Below, in pieces: positions 8,000 to 16,289 of a DNA stretch of 64,000 bases (the first letter of the stretch is position 1; each line of letters begins with the position of its first letter). A model generated the notes under the pieces. It was not told the DNA's origin. It saw only the letters and a list, made by a program, of their open reading frames with translations, and made no database searches. Source of the DNA: an uncultured Acidobacteriota bacterium (lineage in GTDB: Bacteria > Acidobacteriota > UBA6911); contig CAVZBT010000001.1 in the NCBI GenBank assembly GCA_963773605.1, positions 130,173 to 194,172 on the forward strand, read 5' to 3'. Position numbers and translations under genes: made by a program.

Positions 8000-8621
8000 T
8001 AGGCGAAGGGGCCGAACCCGGTGTCGCCCTGCCGTAAGAAGACCTTGCGGCCCAGCAGGGTCGTCAGCAGCGCGGTCTTCCCGATCTGGAAATCGGCATA
8101 GGGCTTCTTGCCTTCGCGGATCCAGCGGAAGAACCCGTTGAACGCGTCCTGCGTGCTGTCGCCGCGCGGGACGTCGAAGGGGCGGACTTCGCCTCCTTTT
8201 CGCGCCCGATGAACCCCTTGCCCATCTCGCAGGCGCCCTTCTCCCCGTACACGCGCGTGAAGCTGCCGTCCCCGTCCGGGAAGGCGGCGGCGGCTCGACG
8301 CCGCACATCGCCCACGCCGGCAGGATCACCGCCCCCGCCGCCTGTCTAGCGAACTTTATGGAGTGCGGCGGCTCGACGCCGCTTTGGGTGCGGCGCCTGG
8401 GCGCCGCACATCGCCCACGCGGCATACTTGATCATCGGTAGGTTCACCTGGATCTTGCCGGGGTACTCGAACAGCACGGTGAAGTTGTCCGACGTGTCTC
8501 TGCCGCGCGGCTCGTAAACGATGTTCTGTCCGCCCAACCCCGCCGCCTTGAGTGGCCGGCTGTTCAGCACCCAGTTGATCGCGTCGCGCCGCGACATGTC
8601 GGATTTCGTATCGGGACTCAT
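7999..8621 (-). pseudogene. relic of a Gfo/Idh/MocA oxidoreductase (C-terminal half only), interrupted by a repeat insertion and a frameshift
   Basis: Segments ...DAINWVLNSRPLKAAGLGG...DNFTVLFEYPGKIQVNL...AWAMCG, then AAAFPDGDGSFTRVYGEKGACEMGKGFIGR, then GEVRPFDVPRGDSTQDAFNGFFRWIREGKKPYADFQIGKTALLTTLLGRK lie in different frames. They are colinear with the C-terminal half of the intact paralogue at 45877-47160 (DNFNLVFTYPNDIQVSF...FFGTRGSCEAHYD...). There is no Rossmann N-terminal half. A repeat is inserted at 8318-8401. Confidence 0.65.
8359..8408 (-). repeat. GC-rich palindromic repeat unit (hairpin + core) inserted in the oxidoreductase relic
   Basis: On the minus strand: TGCGGCGCC-CA-GGCGCCGCA, then cccaaa, then GCGGCGTCGAGCCGCCGCACTCCA. 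A further partial core lies at 8287-8304. The 19-nt direct repeat cgccgcacatcgcccacgc occurs at 8299-8317 and 8402-8420. Confidence 0.8.
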
Positions 8622-8874
8622 ACCGCCTCCTGAAAACACTGGATGATGCCGGTTCACTGCGCCCGGAATCTCGGGATGCATCGGTGCGGACGGCGGCAAC
8701 CCCTGCGCGAGCCGCACCCGCCGCCTCGGGCCGCATTTGAACCCACCCGGGGGCCGTTGGCCAGTGAAATGAGGAAGGGAAGGTTACGAAGGCATTCGTA
8801 GCCCAATGCTCCCGCATCATGATCGGATAGAAGCCCTAGAACTGCCGTCAGACAAGGATTACAGCCTGTCTTCA

Positions 8875-8908
8875 TTTTGTTTTCTTTTCTTTCTTACTGT
8901 GCTAGTGT
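8875..8908 (+). promoter_or_regulatory. candidate promoter: T-tracts + extended -10 (TGcTAGTGT)
   Basis: ttttgttttcttttctttcttactgtgctagtgt lies about 55 nt upstream of ATG 8964. Confidence 0.4.
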
Positions 8909-8963
8909 AGCGGACGTTCCAGAGAGTTAGGTGCAATCGAGTTCTGCCAGGAGGTTTTCTCAG

Positions 8964-11900
8964 ATGGCCCGATTTCCCAGAAGCAAGCACGTACGCGTTG
9001 CGATCTTCTGCCTCGGCTGCCTTGCTGTGGCGCTGGCCTGTGTTCCGCCCGAAGCGGCGTGGGCCCAGGTGTTGTACGGCACCATGGTGGGCAACATCAC
9101 CGACCCGACGAAGGCGGTGATCCCCGGGGCGGGGATCACGATTACCAATAAGAACACCAACCAGACTCATGAATCCGTATCGAACGATCGCGGGGCTTAC
9201 ACGTTCACGAACCTGCAGCCCGGGGTCTACACGCTCAAGGTGTCTCTCCAGGGTTTCAAGGAGTACGTCAAGGAGAACATCGAGGTCACGGTCAACAACA
9301 TCGCCCGGGTGGACGTCGCGCTCGAAGTCGGCTCCCGCAGCGAGATGGTGACCGTGTCGGCGGAAGCGACGCAATTGCAGACCGACAAGGCGGACGTGCA
9401 CAAGGAGCTGTCCACCAAGGAGGTCACCAATCTTCCGCTGGGTGCCTATCGGAACTACCAGAGCCTGATCGACCTCGTGCCGGGCTCCACGCCGGCGGCT
9501 TTCCAGAACGCGAGCGTCGACACGCCGGCGCGGTCTTTGACGACCAACATCAACGGCGTGGGCCGGTTCAACAACAACACGCGGCTGGACGGCGCATTGA
9601 ACATCATGCCGTGGCTGCCGCATCACGCGGCCTACGTCGCCCCGCAGGAGTCGATCCAGACGGTCAACATCTCGACCAACAGCTTCGACGCCGAGCAGGG
9701 GCTGGCCGGCGGCGCGGCCATCACGGTGCAGACCAAGTCGGGGACCAACGAGATCCACGGCGTCGGGTTCCTCTATCACCGCAACAACGTGTTTGACGCC
9801 AAGAACTTCTTCACGCCGCAGACCAGCGAGGCGCCGAAGTACCTGCTCAGCATGTACGGCGGCAATGTCGGCGGGCCGATCATAAAGGACAAGCTGTTTT
9901 TCTTCGCCAACTACGACGGCATGCGGGATCGCCAGAACTACTCGGCCTTTTACACCGTCGCGGACGAGGCGATGCGGCGAGGCGACTTCAGCGCCACCGG
10001 CACGAAAATCTACGACCCGGCGACGGGCGATCCGCTGACGGGCAAAAACCGGACGGCGTTCGCCAATAGCACCATCCCGGACAGCCGGATCAGCAGCGTG
10101 GCGCGGCAGATGCTCGCGCTGCAGCCGCTGCCGAACCTCAGCGGGTACACGAACAACTTCTACACGTCGGCCCCCCGGGTCTTCAACCGTGACATGTACG
10201 ACTTCAAAGGGGACTGGGTGCGTTCGCCGAAGAACACGATCTGGTTCAAGTACAGCCTGATGAACTCCATGGTGCAGTCGCAGTACTCCTTCGGAGACGC
10301 GGGCGGTTCGGCACTGTCGCCTGACGGCGGCGCCGGCAAGGGCACGGTGCGGGTGCACGTCGGGACGATCGGCGGCTACTATGCGGTCACGCCGCGGTTC
10401 CTCCTCGACGGCACGATCGGGATGACCCGCTACGTCAACTCGGTGCGCCAGCCCGATTTCGGCACGAACTTCGGCCTGGATGTGCTGCACATTCCCGGGA
10501 CGAACGGTCCGGACCCGCGGCAGAGCGGCAAGCCGTACTTCAGCATCAGCGGGTACAGCTCCCTCGGGATGACCGACACCTGGGTGCCGGTCGACCGTCA
10601 CGACTACACGTACACGTACACGGCCAACGCGAGCTGGAGCAAAGGGAAGCACGACATCCGCTTCGGCCCCGACATCAGCCGGTACGGGATGAACCACTGG
10701 CAGCCGGAGTCGGGCAACGGCCCGCGCGGCACCTTCACGTTCAACGGCGGTGCCACCGCTCTGAACGGCGGCCCATCCACGAACCGGTTCAACGGCATGG
10801 CCGATTTCCTGCTCGGGTTGCCGCAGCAGGTGCAGAAGTCGCTGCAGTTCTACGACCCGATGTCCACGCGCGAGTGGCAGATCGCCATGTACTTCCGCGA
10901 CCGGTGGCAGGTGACGAGCAACCTGACGTTGAGCCTCGGGATCCGCTGGGAGTACTACCCGCTCATGGACCGAGGTTTCCACGGCCTAGAACGGTATGAC
11001 CCCGACACCAACAAGATGTACATCGGCGGTCTCGGCGGAGTCGACTGGAACGCCGACACCACCGTCAGCAAGAAGCTGTTCGCGCCGCGGTTCGGGCTGG
11101 CCTACCGGCTCGGCACGGACGGCGTCATGCGGGCCGGGTACGGGATCACCTACGATCCTTACAACCTCGGCCGGCCGATGCGGTCGCCCTACCCCGCCGT
11201 CATCCAGTTTTCGGTGCAGGGCCCGACGACCTACATCCCTTACGGACCCATCATGAACGGGATTCCGACGATCCCGACGCCCGACATCAGCCAGGGCGTC
11301 ATCGACATCCCGGGCACCATCAGCACCAACACGCTGCCGAAGGGTATGTTCAACAGGGGCTACGTGCAGTCGTGGAACCTGACCTATGAGCGCCCGCTTC
11401 CGTTGAACTTCGTCGGCAGCGTCGGCTATGTCGGCACGAAGGCCATCAACATCGTGAGCGGCACGCAGTGGCCGATCAACAACTCCCTGCCGGGCACGGG
11501 CCAGGCCGGGCGGCCGCTGTACCAGAAGTTCGGCCGTTCCGTGAACACCAACATCCTGCAGCCCTGGACCGGTTCCAACTACCATTCGCTGCAGACCAGC
11601 CTCGAGCGCCGGCTCACCGCGGGCCTGATGCTCAAGACGGTCTACACGTGGTCGCACTCCATCGACAACAACGCGACCGATTACACCTTCTACTTCGCGT
11701 TGCCGGAGTACCTGGACCGCAACCGCGGCTCCAGCGGTTTCGACCGCAGGCACAACTTCCGCACGGCCTTCATCTATGAGCTGCCCTGGGGACCGGGCCG
11801 CACGTGGGCCAAGAGCGGGATCGTGGGCGCGATCGCCGGCGGCTGGCAGATCAACGGCATCTTCAGTTCGGTTTCGGGCACGCCGTTCACCGTAGGCACC

Positions 11901-12320
11901 AGCGGCAGCTCGCTCAACGCGGCGGGCAGCAACCAGGTGGCCGACCAGGTGATGGAGAACGTGGAGAAACTGGGCAACATCGGGGTAGGCGTGCCCTTCT
12001 TCGATCCCAACGCCTTCCGGCCGGTCACGGCCGTCCGGTTCGGCAATTCCGGGCGCAACACGCTGTATGGCCCCGGGATGGTCAACCTCGATTTCGGCAT
12101 CTTCCGAGCGTTCAAGATCACGGAAGGGAAGGAACTGCAGTTCCGCGCCGAGTCGTTCAACCTCACCAACACGCCGCACTTCAACAACCCGTCGGCGAGT
12201 GCTTCGGACATGAGCTTGAACGCCGACGGCAGCATCAAGTCGACGGGCAACTTCATGTCGATCACCGGCGCCCGCGCCGACCAGCGGACCTTCCGTTTCG
12301 GTCTGCGGTTCAGCTTCTAG
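8964..12320 (+). CDS. TonB-dependent receptor, paralogue 1 (carboxypeptidase-regulatory-like N-domain + plug + barrel)
   Basis: ATG 8964 follows CCAGGAGG (8947-8954). Signal peptide ends ...AAWAQ. N-terminus VLYGTMVGNITDPTKAVIPGAGITITN is the CarboxypepD_reg-like pattern. Ends ...RTFRFGLRFSF, the terminal aromatic typical of outer-membrane barrels. Confidence 0.9.
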   Translation: MARFPRSKHVRVAIFCLGCLAVALACVPPEAAWAQVLYGTMVGNITDPTKAVIPGAGITITNKNTNQTHESVSNDRGAYTFTNLQPGVYTLKVSLQGFKEYVKENIEVTVNNIARVDVALEVGSRSEMVTVSAEATQLQTDKADVHKELSTKEVTNLPLGAYRNYQSLIDLVPGSTPAAFQNASVDTPARSLTTNINGVGRFNNNTRLDGALNIMPWLPHHAAYVAPQESIQTVNISTNSFDAEQGLAGGAAITVQTKSGTNEIHGVGFLYHRNNVFDAKNFFTPQTSEAPKYLLSMYGGNVGGPIIKDKLFFFANYDGMRDRQNYSAFYTVADEAMRRGDFSATGTKIYDPATGDPLTGKNRTAFANSTIPDSRISSVARQMLALQPLPNLSGYTNNFYTSAPRVFNRDMYDFKGDWVRSPKNTIWFKYSLMNSMVQSQYSFGDAGGSALSPDGGAGKGTVRVHVGTIGGYYAVTPRFLLDGTIGMTRYVNSVRQPDFGTNFGLDVLHIPGTNGPDPRQSGKPYFSISGYSSLGMTDTWVPVDRHDYTYTYTANASWSKGKHDIRFGPDISRYGMNHWQPESGNGPRGTFTFNGGATALNGGPSTNRFNGMADFLLGLPQQVQKSLQFYDPMSTREWQIAMYFRDRWQVTSNLTLSLGIRWEYYPLMDRGFHGLERYDPDTNKMYIGGLGGVDWNADTTVSKKLFAPRFGLAYRLGTDGVMRAGYGITYDPYNLGRPMRSPYPAVIQFSVQGPTTYIPYGPIMNGIPTIPTPDISQGVIDIPGTISTNTLPKGMFNRGYVQSWNLTYERPLPLNFVGSVGYVGTKAINIVSGTQWPINNSLPGTGQAGRPLYQKFGRSVNTNILQPWTGSNYHSLQTSLERRLTAGLMLKTVYTWSHSIDNNATDYTFYFALPEYLDRNRGSSGFDRRHNFRTAFIYELPWGPGRTWAKSGIVGAIAGGWQINGIFSSVSGTPFTVGTSGSSLNAAGSNQVADQVMENVEKLGNIGVGVPFFDPNAFRPVTAVRFGNSGRNTLYGPGMVNLDFGIFRAFKITEGKELQFRAESFNLTNTPHFNNPSASASDMSLNADGSIKSTGNFMSITGARADQRTFRFGLRFSF

Positions 12321-12344
12321 CGCGCCGTCTCACCTCGTTCTTCC

Positions 12345-12378
12345 GGGGCGCAGGCACTGCGGTGCCTGCGCCCCTTTT
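12345..12378 (+). terminator. intrinsic terminator
   Basis: 13-bp stem GGGGCGCAGGCAC / GTGCCTGCGCCCC, loop TGCG, followed by TTTT. Confidence 0.75.
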
Positions 12379-12550
12379 GGGGGTATGGCGAGCATGTGCG
12401 ACGAAGCGCACGGGCGCTCGGCGTGCTGACCTGGTCGATTCCGGCCGCCGCGGCGGGGCGGGCTGGCAAGGAAAATAAAGCAAATATTCGGAGGTACGAA
12501 GAGCATTCGCTCTTTGTCGCTAACCCGTCCATTAGAATAAATCACTTTGT

Positions 12551-12585
12551 CTTTGCTTTAGTTTCCTTTCCAACTGTGGTACTTT
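12551..12585 (+). promoter_or_regulatory. candidate promoter: T-tracts + extended -10 (TGgTACTTT)
   Basis: ctttgctttagtttcctttccaactgtggtacttt lies about 50 nt upstream of ATG 12635. Confidence 0.4.
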
Positions 12586-12634
12586 ACCGCGGTTTTTCCC
12601 ATGTTCGCTATTGATCCTGCCAGGAGGATTGCAG

Positions 12635-15600
12635 ATGGCAAGAGAGTTTTACAGGAAGTTAGTCTTTGCGCTTCTCTGCCTTGTTGGCATTGGAGTGGTC
12701 CTAACCTGTGTCCAGCCGGAGCTGGCGCGCGCCCAGGTGTTGTACGGCACCATGGTGGGCAATATCACTGACCCGTCCAAGGCGGTCATTCCCGGGGCGG
12801 GGATCACGGTTACCAACAAAAACACCAACCAGACTCATGAATCCGTTTCGAACAACTCCGGGGCTTACACGTTCACGAACCTGCAGCCCGGGATCTACAC
12901 GCTCAAGGTGTCTCTCCAGGGTTTCAAGGAATACGTCAAGGAGAACATCGAAGTCACGGTCAACAACATCACCCGTACCGACGTGGCCCTCGAGGTCGGA
13001 TCCCGCAGCGAGATGGTGACCGTGTCGGCGGAAGCGACACAATTGCAGACCGACAAGGCGGACGTGCATAAGGAGCTGTCCACCAAGGAAGTCACCAACC
13101 TTCCGCTGGGCAATTATCGTAATTACCAGAGCCTGATCGACCTCGTGCCGGGCTCCACGCCGGCGGCTTTCCAGAACGCGAGCGTCGACACGCCCGCGCG
13201 GTCTTTGACGACCAACATCAACGGCGTGGGCCGGTTCAACAACAACACGCGGCTGGATGGCGCGTTGAACATCATGCCGTGGCTGCCGCATCACGCGGCC
13301 TACGTCGCCCCGCAGGAGTCGATCCAGACGGTCAACATCTCGACCAACAGCTTCGACGCCGAGCAGGGGCTGGCCGGGGGCGCCGCCATCACGGTGCAGA
13401 CCAAGTCGGGGACCAACGAGATCCACGGCGTCGGGTTCCTCTATCACCGCAACAACGTGTTTGACGCCAAGAACTTTTTCACGCCGCAGACCAGCCAGGC
13501 GCCGAAGTACCTGCTCAGCATGTACGGCGGCAATGTCGGCGGGCCGATCATAAAGGACAAGCTGTTTTTCTTCGCCAACTATGACGGGATGCGCGACCGG
13601 CAGAACTATTCGAACTTCTACACCGTCGCGGACCGAGGCGATGCGTCGGGGAGATTTCAGCGCCACCGGCACGAAAATCTACGACCCGGCGACGGGCGAT
13701 CCGCTGACGGGCAAAAACCGGACGGCGTTCGCCGGCAACGTCATCCCGGACAGCCGGATCAACAGCGTGGCCAAGCAGATGCTCGCGCTGCAGCCGATGC
13801 CCAACCTCAACGGGTATACCCAGAACTTCTACACGTCGGCCCCCCGGATCTTCAACCGGGACATGTACGACTTCAAAGGAGACTGGGTGCGTTCGCCGAA
13901 GAACACGATCTGGTTCAAGTACAGCCTGATGAACTCGCTTGTCCAGTCGCAGTACTCCTTCGGAGACGCGGGCGGTTCGGCCCTGTCGCCTGACGGCGGC
14001 GCCGGCAAGGGGACGGTGCGGGTGCATGTCGGGACGATCGGCGGCTACTATGCGGTCACGCCGCGGTTCCTCCTCGACGGCACGATCGGGATGACTCGCT
14101 ACGTCAACTCGGTGCGCCAGCCCGATTTCGGCACGAACTTCGGCCTGGATGTGCTGCACATTCCCGGGACGAACGGTCCGGACCCGCGGCAGAGCGGCAA
14201 GCCGTACTTCAGCATCAGCGGGTACAGCTCCCTCGGGATGACCGACACCTGGGTGCCGGTCGACCGTCACGACTACACGTACACGTACACGGCCAACGCG
14301 AGCTGGAGCAAAGGGAAGCACGACATCCGCTTCGGCCCCGACATCAGCCGGTACGGGATGAACCACTGGCAGCCGGAGTCGGGCAACGGCCCGCGCGGCA
14401 CCTTCACGTTCAACGGCGGCGCCACCGCTCTGAACGGCGGCCCGTCCTCGAACCGGTTCAACGGCATGGCCGATTTCCTGCTCGGGTTGCCGCAAACCAT
14501 CGAGAAGTCGCTGCAGTTCTACGACCCGATGTCCACGCGCGAGTGGCAGATCGCGTTTTACTTCCGCGACCGGTGGCAGGTGACGAGCAACCTGACGTTG
14601 AGCCTCGGGATCCGCTGGGAGTACTACCCGCTCATGGACCGTGGTTTCCACGGCATCGAGCGGTATGATCCCGACACCAACATGATGCTGATCGGCGGGT
14701 ATGGCGGAGTCGACTGGAACGCCGACACCACCGTCAGCAAGAAGCTGTTTGCGCCGCGGTTCGGGCTGGCTTACCGGCTCGGCACGGGAGGCGTCATCCG
14801 CGCCGGGTACGGGATCACCTACGATCCTTACAACCTGGGCCGGCCGATGCGCTCGCCCTACCCCGCCGTCATCCAGTTCTCCGCCAACGGCCCGACCACC
14901 TACGTGCCCTATGGTCCGATCCTGAACGGCATCCCCGTGATCGAAACCCCGGACATCACCCAGGGAGCAATCCCGATACCGGGCAAAATCAGCACACGCA
15001 CCCTCGCCCCGGGACAGTTCCAGAGAGGCTATGTCCAGTCGTGGAACCTCACCTACGAGCGTCCGCTGCCGTTCAGCCTGGTCTCGAACATCGGCTACAT
15101 CGGAACGAGAGCGCTCGACATCGTCAGCGGCCCGTACTGGCCGATGAACAACTCCCAGCCGGGCACCGGCCAGGCCGGGCGTCCCCTCAACAAGAAGTTC
15201 GGCCGGACGGCGTCGACCGACCTGCTGCAGCCCTGGGCCAGTTCCATCTACCATTCGCTGCAGACCAGCCTCGAGCGGAGGTTCACCTCCGGTCTCATGC
15301 TGAAGACGGTCTACACCTGGTCGCACTCCATCGACAACAACTCGACCGACTCCACCTTCTACTTTGCCCTGCCCGAGTACATGGACCGCAACCGCGCCTC
15401 CAGTGGATTCGACCGCAGGCACAACTTCCGCACGGCGTTCATCTATGAGCTGCCGTGGGGCCCGGGAAGGAAATGGGCCAAGGGCGGATTCGCCAGCGCC
15501 ATCGTGGGCGGGTGGCAGATCAACGGCATCTTCAGCGCCGTTAGCGGGACCCCGTTCACCGTAGGCACCAGCGGCAGCTCGCTCAACGCGGCGGGCAGCA

Positions 15601-15989
15601 ACCAGGTGGCCGACCAGGTGATGGAGAACGTGGAGAAACTGGGCAACATCGGGGTAGGCGTGCCCTTCTTCGATCCCAACGCCTTCCGGCCGGTCACGGC
15701 CGTCCGGTTCGGCAATTCCGGGCGCAACACGCTGTATGGCCCCGGGATGGTCAACCTCGATTTCGGCATCTTCCGCGCGTTCAAGATCACGGAAGGGAAG
15801 GAACTGCAGTTCCGCGCCGAGTCGTTCAACCTCACCAACACGCCGCACTTCAACAACCCGTCGGCGAGTGCTTCGGACATGAGCTTGAACGCCGACGGCA
15901 CGATCAAGTCGACGGGCAACTTCATGTCGATCACCGGCGCCCGCGCCGACCAGCGGACCTTCCGTTTCGGTCTGCGGTTCAGCTTCTAG
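12635..15989 (+). pseudogene. TonB-dependent receptor, paralogue 2, interrupted by a single-base insertion (frameshift; possibly a sequence error)
   Basis: ORFs 12611-13993 and 13581-15989 together are colinear with paralogue 1. Paralogue 1 reads gcggacgaggcgatg (TVADEAMRRGDF), whereas here it reads gcggaCCgaggcgatg, with an extra C at about 13633-13634. The offset between the two copies is 3668 nt before this point and 3669 nt after it, with no other indel. Confidence 0.85.
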
Positions 15990-16014
15990 AGCGCGGGCTC
16001 ACCTTGTTCTTCCA

Positions 16015-16047
16015 GGGCGCAGGCACCGCGGTGCCTGCGCCCTTTTT
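16015..16047 (+). terminator. intrinsic terminator
   Basis: 12-bp stem GGGCGCAGGCAC / GTGCCTGCGCCC, loop CGCG, followed by TTTTT. Confidence 0.75.
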
Positions 16048-16199
16048 CATTGAAGTGGACTGCGTCGGCCCGCCACGGCCCGATATCGGGCTCAATCAAC
16101 GATTTTCGCGTCGTCCGGCGTTGGATTGCGTAACCGAAAGAAAGCAATCCAAGCTCCTAGAACCATTACAATCCTTTCATGGGAACAATATAATGTGTC

Positions 16200-16237
16200 A
16201 TTTTCTTTAGTTTTCTTTCCGACCTGTGTGCTAGGTT
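16200..16237 (+). promoter_or_regulatory. candidate promoter: two TTTTCTTT tracts 10 bp apart + extended -10 (TGcTAGGTT)
   Basis: attttctttagttttctttccgacctgtgtgctaggtt lies about 50 nt upstream of ATG 16290. Confidence 0.45.
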
Positions 16238-16289
16238 GGAGCAAATCGACCCGTCATTGCGCCAACTGATCCTGCCAGGAGGATTGAAT

